Shown: piece after piece, positions 49,280 to 58,135 of the stretch
How the letters are laid out: every line of letters starts with the position of its first letter
Position numbering within the stretch: position 1 is the first letter of the stretch
NCBI GenBank assembly: GCA_036514715.1
Contig: DATBWR010000013.1
Location: forward strand, 6,779 to 70,778
Source: Candidatus Nanoarchaeia archaeon
Lineage (GTDB): Bacteria; Patescibacteriota; Microgenomatia; Woykebacterales; RBG-16-39-9b
Direction: 5' to 3'
Length of the DNA stretch: 64,000 bases
Notes under the pieces: generated by a model
What the model saw: only the letters and a program-made list of their open reading frames with translations
What the model was told of the DNA's origin: nothing
Databases searched by the model: none
Translations under genes and position numbers: made by a program

Positions 49280-49349
49280 AGACTAATTTTACTCTTGAAG
49301 GAGACTAGATGCAACCCTCAAAACCGCCCTCGCCGAGCATGTATTTTTT

Positions 49350-49509
49350 GGGGTCCCTTTTGTGGAGCGAGCGTCTTTGAACTAGCAAAAATTCGAGAGG
49401 AAGCGGTTCCCGAGGATGTCCCGATGAATTTTTGCTAAAGCTTCAACAGCTCGCGCAACAGGGGTGTCCTTTTCTTGGAAACTTCTTTTGGACAAGCAAA
49501 AGAGGTTTC
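49350..49509. repeat. ~155-nt structured repeat element, copy 2
   Basis: Homologous to 27366-27520. Confidence 0.85.
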
Positions 49510-49945
49510 AAGAGAGTTTTTCTTTAACGAGTTGGGAAACCAGGGAGAAGTCTGCCTTACCATGTAAACCAGACAGAGCGCCCATAACTTTGCCCATTTC
49601 AGCAATTGTGGCTGCACCAGTGCTCTCTATTGCGTCATCAACTGCCTTGCGAACCTCTTCTTCAGACACTTGCGCTGGGAGATAAGTTTGGAGAATTGAG
49701 AGTTCCTTTTTCTCTTTCTCGGCGAGCTCTCTCCGTCCACCTTTTTCAAAGCCTTCAATGCTTTCCCGATGCCGCTTCACTTGCCGCTCAATTACACTAA
49801 TAACCTCTTCATCAGTCAGTTCCCGCTGCTTTTCAATCTGGTAATTTTTAATATCAGCTAGCAAAAAACGGACTGTCGAAAGTTTTATCTCATCGCGAGC
49901 CATCATTGCCGTTTTCATATCTTCCTGCAATTTCCCAAGTAACAT
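49508..49945 (-). CDS. GatB/YqeY domain protein
   Basis: MKTAM.A.D...RESI..F..GGR..LAEKE..E...YLP...MGKVMG. Confidence 0.92.
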   Translation of the reverse strand: MLLGKLQEDMKTAMMARDEIKLSTVRFLLADIKNYQIEKQRELTDEEVISVIERQVKRHRESIEGFEKGGRRELAEKEKKELSILQTYLPAQVSEEEVRKAVDDAIESTGAATIAEMGKVMGALSGLHGKADFSLVSQLVKEKLS

Positions 49946-49947
49946 GT

Positions 49948-50553
49948 TTAAATTATACCTTTCTTTTGCAAAACCAACTCTACTTCGGCTAAAACTTCCG
50001 CTAGTTTTCCCCGATTGATTACTAAAATGTCGGCAGCTTCAAAAACTGCTAAATTGTTTTGGCCAAACTCCGGTTGTCCGATACCCAAATCCCTATCTTC
50101 TTGTTCTTGAAACTGCCCCCAAGTTTTTGGATCGCGAGGTAGTCCTCTTTTTCTCAAGCGTTCAAACCTCAACTGTTGGTCCGCATAAATCCCGACTAAT
50201 AAAAACCCCGGATAGCTTTTAAACGGTGGAAGTTCCCCTGGGTTGCGAAAACCATCGACAACAAAGTGAGTTTCAGTGGATTTTTCCGCTTCAGCAAGCA
50301 ACAATTTACTGATGTAGTCCAAACCAAACTTCTCTCGCCATTCATCACCAATATCTTGATAAACGGCCCTTTTCAAAGGCAATTTTCTCTTTTTAATTTC
50401 TGTCTCGATAGGATCGGAAAAACGCAAGTGTTGAAAGCCTTTTTTAATTAAAAACTCGGCTACAGTACTCTTGCCACTGCCAATAAAACCCGCCAAACCA
50501 ACAATTTTCTTAAATTGCAGAGCACGTGGTGAATCTACAATCTTCTTGGTCAC
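49948..50553 (-). CDS. P-loop nucleotide/dephospho-CoA kinase-like protein
   Basis: GFIGSGKST, VVDGFRNPGE; GTG start at 50553. Confidence 0.75.
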   Translation of the reverse strand: MTKKIVDSPRALQFKKIVGLAGFIGSGKSTVAEFLIKKGFQHLRFSDPIETEIKKRKLPLKRAVYQDIGDEWREKFGLDYISKLLLAEAEKSTETHFVVDGFRNPGELPPFKSYPGFLLVGIYADQQLRFERLRKRGLPRDPKTWGQFQEQEDRDLGIGQPEFGQNNLAVFEAADILVINRGKLAEVLAEVELVLQKKGII

Positions 50554-50571
50554 GAGCAAAGTATAACAGAA

Positions 50572-51168
50572 CTAAAATTCAACCCTACCCTCAACTGCGC
50601 GGGAGAGAGTAGTTTCGTCAGCATATTCCAAATCAGCTCCAGTCGGCAGACCACGAGCAATGCGAGTAACGCGCAAACCAAGAGGAGAAATTAATTTCTG
50701 GATATACATCGCTGTTGCCTCTCCTTCAATATTAGGGTTGGTAGCCAAAATTACTTCTTTCACTTCCCCATTTTTGAGGCGCGGTAAAAGTTGGCGCAAG
50801 TAAAGCTCGTCCGGTCCGATATTTTCTAGTGGGGCGATAGACCCGTGCAAAACATGGTAAAGACCTTTAAAAGAATGGGACCGCTCCATTGCCAGCGCGT
50901 CCAGTGGCTCTTCCACAACCATAATGATGCTCTGGTCGCGGATTTTTGAGCTGCAGACCTCACAAGGGTCAGCCTCGGCAACGTTGAAACAAGTACTGCA
51001 CAGAACAGTTTTATCGCGTAGTTGGCCAACTGCAACGGCTAAACTTTGCGCGTGTTCTTTAGGAGCGTGAAGTAAATAATAAGTCAAACGTTGGGCGCTT
51101 TTGGGCCCGATACCAGGCAATTTTTCAAACTCAGCAATAACATTAGCAACACTTTTTGGAATTTGCAT
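50572..51168 (-). CDS. recR: Recombination mediator RecR
   Basis: LPGIGPKSAQR, C4 zinc finger, Toprim. Confidence 0.97.
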   Translation of the reverse strand: MQIPKSVANVIAEFEKLPGIGPKSAQRLTYYLLHAPKEHAQSLAVAVGQLRDKTVLCSTCFNVAEADPCEVCSSKIRDQSIIMVVEEPLDALAMERSHSFKGLYHVLHGSIAPLENIGPDELYLRQLLPRLKNGEVKEVILATNPNIEGEATAMYIQKLISPLGLRVTRIARGLPTGADLEYADETTLSRAVEGRVEF

Positions 51169-51214
51169 TTAAATAATTCTACCAATAACAAAGCCTACTG
51201 TCACCCCCTCCAAC

Positions 51215-51243
51215 AATACTAATATAATGTATATATTAGTATT
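51215..51243. promoter_or_regulatory. Palindrome TACTAATATA-N5-TATATTAGTA upstream of recR
   Basis: Same 10-5-10 site as 61526-61550. Confidence 0.65.
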
Positions 51244-51305
51244 TATTGATCTGCGGAAAAATTTTCCCAAAGAAAAACGCCTCAAGCCAGTAAAAGGCTA
51301 AGGCG

Positions 51306-51506
51306 TTAGCGAAAGATATCCAAGACGGTCTTCCAAACTCGGTAAAGGATAGCTGCACCCAACGGTGTTATCCCGACAACGAAGATCAACAAAGCAACAC
51401 GAGGTAGCACCCCAACCCCATAAAGAAAGAACACGATTATTGAAACTAGGGACAGTACCCCCACCAAATAGTTCACTTCGAGGATAAGGTTACGTACTTT
51501 CTCCAT
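51306..51506 (-). CDS. Small membrane protein
   Basis: GAGG RBS, two TM helices, own terminator. Confidence 0.6.
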   Translation of the reverse strand: MEKVRNLILEVNYLVGVLSLVSIIVFFLYGVGVLPRVALLIFVVGITPLGAAILYRVWKTVLDIFR

Positions 51507-51561
51507 TCGACCTCTCTCCTGCTTGGGTTTTCCAGCAATTATATAACAAATGGGAAATTAT

Positions 51562-51843
51562 TTAGCCTTTGAGGAGATCGGAAAGGCCACCCAGCCCTCC
51601 CATCATGCCTTGCATTTTCTTGGCGGCTACTTTTTGGGCTTCTTCGATGGCTTTATTAATCGCGTCTTTTATCTTGGAATTATCAGTGCCTTCTTCATAA
51701 CTTAAGTTGGTAACTTTCAAATTGCCGTTGATGCGTACAGTTACGTTGTTATGTTCAACCTCGATAACTTCAGCTTCAAGCTCTCTTTTAATAGCGTCTG
51801 CTTGTTTTTTTAATTCATAAAGTTGCTTTACTTTATCAAACAT
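51562..51843 (-). CDS. ybaB: YbaB/EbfC nucleoid-associated protein
   Basis: Between dnaX and recR; VTVRINGN. Confidence 0.88.
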   Translation of the reverse strand: MFDKVKQLYELKKQADAIKRELEAEVIEVEHNNVTVRINGNLKVTNLSYEEGTDNSKIKDAINKAIEEAQKVAAKKMQGMMGGLGGLSDLLKG

Positions 51844-51851
51844 AAAACCTC

Positions 51852-53414
51852 CTAAACTAATTTTCCAAAAACTTCCACTGGATCAGCTTCGTCCAAAGGG
51901 TTGCCGGTTACTTTGCTCTGGGGTTTTTTCTCCCCCACTACCACCTTAATTCTAACAGGTTTACCAAGTATTTCAGAAAAAACTCTTTCTAAAATCTCAT
52001 TGTTTTTGGTTTCTGCAAGCATATCTCTGTGAAAACCGTAACCTACCTCAAGCGTAATTAAACCGCTCTCCACACTAATCGGGGTAGCTTTTCTTAAAAA
52101 AATCTCAACAGAATTGTTGTGCGGCTTAACCTTTTGCAGGATCTGTGGCCAACTAGAGCGCAAACTTTCGACATCTTCCTCCAAAACCTTTTCTTTCTTC
52201 TCTTTAATCGGTTCCTTGACCTTACCTTCTTTCTCTTTGGAAAGGGCTGTCTCGGGCTCCTGGGTTTTTTCACTCCTTACTTCTTCCTCCTGCCTCAATT
52301 TCTCAACCGTAACCTCAGAAACAGGTTCTTCATTAAAGTCGCAAGCTTCAATAATTGCTAGCTCCAAAGGAAGCTGTGGTATGGGAGAATCTTTCAATTC
52401 GGCTATTGCGTTGGTGAAAATATTTATCCAAGAAGTCAGTTTTTCCCTATCAATTTTGGCAAGTTCTAGAAGTTGCCGAAATTCTTCTGGGGCGTATTTT
52501 GCTTGACTCTCGGTTAAAACCCCAACCTTGATAAGAAGGATGTCTCTTAAAGGTTCTAAGAAAAATACCTCGGTAAACAATTTATAGTCGCCCGCCCCAC
52601 TCAAATCGTGTTTATTCAACCAGATAATTGCTTCTTTGGTTTTCTTATCCCTGATCAGTTTTAAATAATCAAAATCTCCCTTTCTCTCCCTTACTAGGAG
52701 TATTGCTTCAACTTCCGCAGTCTCTGCTTTGGGGTTAACAGAAGCTACTTTCTCATAATTTACAATGCAGTCGCGAAAGGTGTCGCTGGTTTTTGCTAGA
52801 AATTTTAGAGTTTCTTGTGATGTGCCAAATTTCTCAGATTTATTAATCTTTTCCAAAACTTTTAATCTATCCGCCTCGCTGGGTAAGTTTAAACTATATT
52901 TTTGTGTTCGGCTCTGTATTGTGGCCGGAACTTTGTGGGCTTCTGTGGTGGCCAAAATAAAAATCGCGTGCTCCGGAGGCTCTTCCAAAGTTTTCAACAG
53001 GGCGTTGAAGGCTTCCGAGGTCAGCATATGTACCTCGTCAATAATGTAAACTTTGAAACGTCCGGTAGTTGGAGCTAGACTAATCTTTTCACGCAAATCG
53101 CGGATTTCATCAATGCCCCGGTTGCTGGCAGCGTCAATTTCCAAAACATCAAGGTAAGCTCCTTGGGTAATCGCTTTACAGTTATCACACTTATTACAAG
53201 GCTCACCGAAAGTCATATCAGGATATTTTTGGCAGTTAACGCTCTTTGCAAAAATACGGGCAGTGGAGGTTTTACCAGTACCCCGAGGACCACTAAAAAG
53301 ATAAGCATGGGAAATTTTGCCAGTTGTGAGTTGCTTCAAAAGAGGTTCACTAACGTGCGGCTGTCCGATAATTTCCCCAAAAGTCTGCGGCCGGTACTTG
53401 CGATATAAACTCAT
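51852..53414 (-). CDS. dnaX: DNA polymerase III subunit gamma/tau
   Basis: LYRKYRP, GPRGTGKT, EIDAASN, DEVHML. Confidence 0.97.
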   Translation of the reverse strand: MSLYRKYRPQTFGEIIGQPHVSEPLLKQLTTGKISHAYLFSGPRGTGKTSTARIFAKSVNCQKYPDMTFGEPCNKCDNCKAITQGAYLDVLEIDAASNRGIDEIRDLREKISLAPTTGRFKVYIIDEVHMLTSEAFNALLKTLEEPPEHAIFILATTEAHKVPATIQSRTQKYSLNLPSEADRLKVLEKINKSEKFGTSQETLKFLAKTSDTFRDCIVNYEKVASVNPKAETAEVEAILLVRERKGDFDYLKLIRDKKTKEAIIWLNKHDLSGAGDYKLFTEVFFLEPLRDILLIKVGVLTESQAKYAPEEFRQLLELAKIDREKLTSWINIFTNAIAELKDSPIPQLPLELAIIEACDFNEEPVSEVTVEKLRQEEEVRSEKTQEPETALSKEKEGKVKEPIKEKKEKVLEEDVESLRSSWPQILQKVKPHNNSVEIFLRKATPISVESGLITLEVGYGFHRDMLAETKNNEILERVFSEILGKPVRIKVVVGEKKPQSKVTGNPLDEADPVEVFGKLV

Positions 53415-53511
53415 AGGCAGTAACTATTTTAGCTATCCTTCCCCAACAAAACAACCCATTCAAATCCTTCTGCCCTTTTAACTTTTTACTTTTTACTTTA
53501 AACTTAAAACT

Positions 53512-53910
53512 GTGATCACTACGGAAAGTGCTTTTGCCCAAAAAATCAATAACGTTCCTCTCACTGCCGGTGGCAAGGTCATTAAGATTTTACCGGATGA
53601 TATTGGCGCTACCCCTCATCAGCGTTTTGTCATCGAAGTCCACTCTGGTCACACTATTTTAATTGCCCACAGCCTCTTACGTGCCTACCGAGTGCCGGTC
53701 AAAATCGGTGATCGAGTTGAGGTTCACGGCACTTATGTTTGGAACCGCTACGGCGGGCTAATTCACAACACCCATCATTATGGGCAGGAATGTGTCGGAA
53801 CTTACTGCGAAGTCCACGAAGACGGTTACATCAACTTTGTGGGAATACACAAAAACCCTCACCAAGAAGTAGTTCCTCCCCACAAACCCAAAACTTACAC
53901 CTGGTCTTAA
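53512..53910 (+). CDS. DUF3465-like OB-fold protein
   Basis: LPDD...HQRF...IAH...G.Y.WN..GG.IH.TH...H..G. Confidence 0.75.
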   Translation: MITTESAFAQKINNVPLTAGGKVIKILPDDIGATPHQRFVIEVHSGHTILIAHSLLRAYRVPVKIGDRVEVHGTYVWNRYGGLIHNTHHYGQECVGTYCEVHEDGYINFVGIHKNPHQEVVPPHKPKTYTWS

Positions 53911-53932
53911 AAAGGAAAACCGAGTTAGCTTT

Positions 53933-54196
53933 TTAGACTGACTCGGTTTCGATTTGGCTTCTCGTAGGAACACTCAATCTCCGTGCTTTGTGTAACGCAA
54001 AGAAGAAATCCCTCTTCTTGAAACCTCTCTTCCTCACATCGCAAGAATGGCCCTCCAAGTATTCCTGGTAAAACTCTTCGAGCCGTTCTTCACAGGCTGG
54101 GCAGCCTCTGAGATGTACCAAGATGTCGTTGATGTCTCCACGCCCCAACCTCTGCTCTAAGTGGCGCCACGGTTCGTCCACTGTCTCCTCCTTCAT
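53933..54196 (-). CDS. Small protein with zf-HC2/ZAS-like motif
   Basis: HLRGCPAC (HxxxCxxC) with an upstream His. Confidence 0.55.
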   Translation of the reverse strand: MKEETVDEPWRHLEQRLGRGDINDILVHLRGCPACEERLEEFYQEYLEGHSCDVRKRGFKKRDFFFALHKARRLSVPTRSQIETESV

Positions 54197-54477
54197 CTAG
54201 AGGCCATTCGTGTGTAAAGTTTACCACTCTCCTCGAATTTATGGAGAAGGAACTTGGTTCCGTACTGAAGGTTGACGTCAGCAAAGAACCTACCCACTCG
54301 ACGGGAAAGACGCAAGGCTTCACTTCCCTTCCAGGTATACAGAGTTTTCCCGTCAAGAAGTTGTTGTAAGGTTCCAATCCAACCTGGCGTCTGTCCTCGG
54401 AAGCCAAAAACTACGGTTTCCTGCCCATCAAGGTTCAAGATAACCTCTTCGGACTTTACAAGTAGGGATGCAGCCAT
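54193..54477 (-). CDS. Hypothetical protein
   Basis: AGGAGG RBS; overlaps the next gene. Confidence 0.55.
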   Translation of the reverse strand: MAASLLVKSEEVILNLDGQETVVFGFRGQTPGWIGTLQQLLDGKTLYTWKGSEALRLSRRVGRFFADVNLQYGTKFLLHKFEESGKLYTRMASR

Positions 54478-54529
54478 TTCCTTCCTCCTTTAAGTTTTAA
54501 ACCATTTTATCAAACTATAGGATTCTGTG

Positions 54530-56521
54530 TCAAGAATCCTGCGTACCACTTCGTGGGCTAGAGTTATTTTTCAACTGTTCGACGGCTTGAGCAAGGAGTT
54601 GGACGTAAAGTTCAAAGCCAACCAAAGAAATGTTGCCGGACTGGGCCGTACCCAACAAATTGCCCGCACCGCGAATTTCCAAGTCCGCTCGGGCAATTTT
54701 GAAACCACTACCCAGCTCCTTTGCTTGGGAAATAGCCAATAATCGTTGTGCAGCAGCCCCCTCAGGCTTGTACCCTTTTGGATAAAAAAGATAAGCGTAG
54801 GCCTCTTTTTCACCCCGGCCGATCCGACCCCGTAGCTGATAAAGATCCGCTAGTCCAAACTTATGTGCATTCTCAATTAAAATAGTGTTAACGTTGGGCA
54901 CGTCAAGACCTGAGCCAATAATGCTTGTGCAAACTAAAACATCAACTTTCCCACTGTAAAGGGCATCCATTGTCTTTTCCAGCTCTTTTTCATCAGTTTG
55001 TCCGGAAGCAACAGCAACCTTTGCCTTAGGGAAAAGATTTTTAATAAAGGCACTCTTAGCTGGTAGGGTCGCAATCCGGTTTGATAAATAAAAAACTTGT
55101 CCTCCGCGCGCAAGCTCCTGGCTAATTCCTTCTTTAATTAACTCTTCGTTCCACTCGGCAATTTTAGTCTCAATTGGCAGACGTCCCAGCGGCGGGTCTG
55201 TAAGTAGCGAGATATCACGAATTTTAGTTAGGCTCAGCTGCAAACTGCGGGGTATCGGTGTTGCTGACAAGCTCAAAACGTCAATTTCAGCACGGACCTT
55301 TTTCAATTTTTCCTTTTGAACTACTCCAAAACGGTGCTCTTCGTCAATAACCAACAGTCCTAAATTACTAAATTTAACATCCTTTGATAAAAGCCGGTGC
55401 GTTCCAATAATGATGTCAACTACTCCTTTTTCTACATCGATAATTACCTCTCTCTGCCTTCTTTTATCAACAAATCTGGATAATAATTCTACTCTTATAG
55501 GGAATTTCTTTAATCGGTCTTTGAAAAGGTGGAAATGTTGCTCAGCCAGTATTGTGGTTGGTACTAAAATAGCCACCTGACGGCCATCAACCACCACTTT
55601 GAAGGCAGCTCGAATAGCCACCTCAGTTTTTCCAAAACCAACATCTCCGACTAACAAACGGTCCATTGGTTTGATATTTTTTTCCAAGTCCTCCTTGATT
55701 TCGGCAACTGATTTTAACTGACCGCTAGTCTCGTGAAATTCGAAGCTATCTTCAAGTTCTTTTTGGAAGGAGCTATCTGGTGAGTAGGTTTTTCGCTTAA
55801 CTAGTTCCCTCTTTGCATAAACTTCGAGCAGATCACGGGCTACTTCAATAATCGAGTCTTTAACTTTCTGTTTGGTACGCTCCCAAACCGCAGTTCCTAA
55901 GCTGTTGAGGGCCGGCCTCTTGCCGGTTCCGCCGATGTATTTGGTTAATCTTTCGATTTGGTGAACCGGTACAAAGAGATGGTCACCCTTAGCGTATTCC
56001 ACTATTAAATTAACCGTCTCTTTTTGTACACCCCCGAGGTGTACATTTTTAAAACCAGTAAACTCGCCGATTCCGTAGTCAATGTGAACCACATAATCAC
56101 CCTCTTTAATCTCTGAAAGGAAAATTTTCTCGTACTTTTCGCTTTTTCGCCCTCGCCAAACCTTCTCCAGATCCGGTAAGGATTTAAACGGAATGACAAT
56201 CAACTCTTTCAATTCACGAATTTTCTCGTTGGTTAACGGATTAAAAAGATAAATCCCCTCGAGACTGTTACCGATTAGGTCCAAACGCACCGGAACTCTA
56301 TAACGCTCAAGCCAAAGGTCAAGTAAACCGCCCCGTATGGAAAATTGGCCTTCTTCCACCACTTGGGAACGACCAACATTCTCGTAACCAAAGTTGGTCA
56401 ACTTATCGGCAATATCGGAGAAAGTTATCTCTTGTTTTTGGGAAATAGTGAAGCTCTCCCATCTGGATTTTGTGGGGCTTTCTGGTTTGTTTTTAGCTTG
56501 ACTTGAACTTCTATCTAAGAC
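54530..56521 (-). CDS. mfd: Truncated transcription-repair coupling factor (mini-Mfd); apparent GTC start
   Basis: GQFSIRGG, CarD-like VVHIDYGIG, GDVGFGKT, DEEH, QLRGRIGR, DLEIRGAGNLLG; frame open up to TAG at 56525-56527. Confidence 0.88.
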   Translation of the reverse strand, partial: VLDRSSSQAKNKPESPTKSRWESFTISQKQEITFSDIADKLTNFGYENVGRSQVVEEGQFSIRGGLLDLWLERYRVPVRLDLIGNSLEGIYLFNPLTNEKIRELKELIVIPFKSLPDLEKVWRGRKSEKYEKIFLSEIKEGDYVVHIDYGIGEFTGFKNVHLGGVQKETVNLIVEYAKGDHLFVPVHQIERLTKYIGGTGKRPALNSLGTAVWERTKQKVKDSIIEVARDLLEVYAKRELVKRKTYSPDSSFQKELEDSFEFHETSGQLKSVAEIKEDLEKNIKPMDRLLVGDVGFGKTEVAIRAAFKVVVDGRQVAILVPTTILAEQHFHLFKDRLKKFPIRVELLSRFVDKRRQREVIIDVEKGVVDIIIGTHRLLSKDVKFSNLGLLVIDEEHRFGVVQKEKLKKVRAEIDVLSLSATPIPRSLQLSLTKIRDISLLTDPPLGRLPIETKIAEWNEELIKEGISQELARGGQVFYLSNRIATLPAKSAFIKNLFPKAKVAVASGQTDEKELEKTMDALYSGKVDVLVCTSIIGSGLDVPNVNTILIENAHKFGLADLYQLRGRIGRGEKEAYAYLFYPKGYKPEGAAAQRLLAISQAKELGSGFKIARADLEIRGAGNLLGTAQSGNISLVGFELYVQLLAQAVEQLKNNSSPRSGTQDS

Positions 56522-56638
56522 TTTCTAACACCTCCAAGATTTTTAATTATACCAATCTAGCAAAATTCTCTTGCACTCGCTTGCTTGTCAGGCTTATAAT
56601 ATTAGTAAGAAATTATCTAGGAGGGAGGTAACTTCAAG

Positions 56639-56974
56639 GTGTCACACGTAGCAGACGCCGCAAGACACTTCGGAGGAATGAACTTAGAGTTTGGGTGGGT
56701 CAAAAAACTCTTCTCGACCCTTCCTCTAATCATTACCGAAGGGACGCTGGGAGTTGGGTTGGTAGTGCTGGGCACGGTCCTCTTCCTTACCCAAGCAATA
56801 CAATCCAAACTCGTTGAGGAGCCAGTCACTAGAGAGTTGCGCTCAACTCTCACCTTGAACGACATGATCGCTCCTTTTGCCATCATGGCAATTGGAATAA
56901 CAGTTTCCTTCCTGTTCTTCGGAAGCCTAATGCACTACCGCTACCGAAAGGGCAACGACCGCTTAAATCCTTAA
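56639..56974 (+). CDS. Hypothetical membrane protein
   Basis: GGAGG RBS, two TM helices, terminator at 56957-56987. Confidence 0.6.
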   Translation: MSHVADAARHFGGMNLEFGWVKKLFSTLPLIITEGTLGVGLVVLGTVLFLTQAIQSKLVEEPVTRELRSTLTLNDMIAPFAIMAIGITVSFLFFGSLMHYRYRKGNDRLNP

Positions 56975-56994
56975 GCGGTCTTTCTTTAAAGAAG

Positions 56995-57519
56995 TCAAGC
57001 CTCCTTGAGCCAGTTTTGTACAACTTCGGCCGCGCGTAAGATACAACGAGCGGCGGTTTCTTTTTCTCCAGAGGTGAATTTCTGCAAGACAAAACCCTCA
57101 ACATCAATGTTTGGGCTGGCGGGTCGGCCAACACCTAGACGCAGGCGATGAAACTCTTGAGTTCCCAAAGCGCCAATTATTGACTCCACTCCTTTATGAC
57201 CGGCACTAGAGCGGTCGAATTGATGACGAATATCCCCTAGTTCCAAATCCACATCATCATGAACCACTAACATTTCGCTGGGTGTGATTTTGTAAAACTC
57301 CAAAGTTGCCTTTACAGAACGGCCAGAAAGGTTCATAAAAGTCTGGGGTTTAACTAAAATCGTATCAGGCAGTTTGTAAATAATTGCTTCTAACTTTTTA
57401 CTAACCTCTGGGGAAGCTACAGTTCCGGAGATAACTTTATCAATCACCTCAAAACCCAAGTTATGGCGCGTTCCAGCATATTCGGCACTAGGATTTCCTA
57501 AACCAACTACCAGTTTCAT
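56995..57519 (-). CDS. pth: Peptidyl-tRNA hydrolase
   Basis: GLGNP, TRHNLG, KPQTFMN, HDD; start at 57519. Confidence 0.96.
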   Translation of the reverse strand: MKLVVGLGNPSAEYAGTRHNLGFEVIDKVISGTVASPEVSKKLEAIIYKLPDTILVKPQTFMNLSGRSVKATLEFYKITPSEMLVVHDDVDLELGDIRHQFDRSSAGHKGVESIIGALGTQEFHRLRLGVGRPASPNIDVEGFVLQKFTSGEKETAARCILRAAEVVQNWLKEA

Positions 57520-57563
57520 CTTCTTAAGATTAGCTTCTTGTTTAGTTTTTTTCAATCTCTGAC

Positions 57564-57592
57564 AAATATATGAATGTTTATTCATATATCTT
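57564..57592. repeat. Palindrome ATATATGAAT-N4-ATTCATATAT, copy 4
   Basis: AAATATATGAATGTTTATTCATATATCTT. Confidence 0.85.
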
Positions 57593-57672
57593 TAGATACT
57601 ATGGGATTTACTTTTGCTTGGTTGTATGTTATTATTGCCTTAATAAACAGGAAGAAAGTAGGAGGGTAAAGA

Positions 57673-58077
57673 ATGTCACTAGTAGGTGGGCTCAAGGAGT
57701 CTGGTTCTGGACTTTGGGTGAGTTCCTACCCAACCAGGGGGCAAGAACTGGTTGCCTTCGATGACGATGGACACGATATTAGCTGCGGACAGGTGATTTG
57801 CTGGGAAGCAATCTGCAGCTACTATTTCGAAGCTGCCACACCAAAACCTGGGTTTCGGGTTCGAACCATGGAACGTGGTGACTTCGACGTACGTATTGCC
57901 AGTGTCCAAAGCTACGAAGACAGCGACTACGACGTGATCACTTCTTTCGATGAGGTTCTCCGTCTACCAGAAGGGTCCTACGGAAGGTGCGTTTACGAAC
58001 CCGGCCCACTGCTCAGAATCAGGAGGATGCTCACTCACTTCTCCTGGCCAGGAATCGCTATCCCCGTCGGCTTCTAA
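57673..58077 (+). CDS. Hypothetical protein
   Basis: AGGAGG RBS; terminator at 58097-58135. Confidence 0.6.
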   Translation: MSLVGGLKESGSGLWVSSYPTRGQELVAFDDDGHDISCGQVICWEAICSYYFEAATPKPGFRVRTMERGDFDVRIASVQSYEDSDYDVITSFDEVLRLPEGSYGRCVYEPGPLLRIRRMLTHFSWPGIAIPVGF

Positions 58078-58135
58078 AAAGAGTGTTCCGCAAACCAAAA
58101 ACCGCTTTCCAAAATAAGGAAGCGGTTTTCTTTTT

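Noticed and set aside
51215-51243. Chromosomal dif site
   Set aside because: The right arm does not match TTATGTTAAAT, and a near-identical site occurs at 61526; retained only as an alternative
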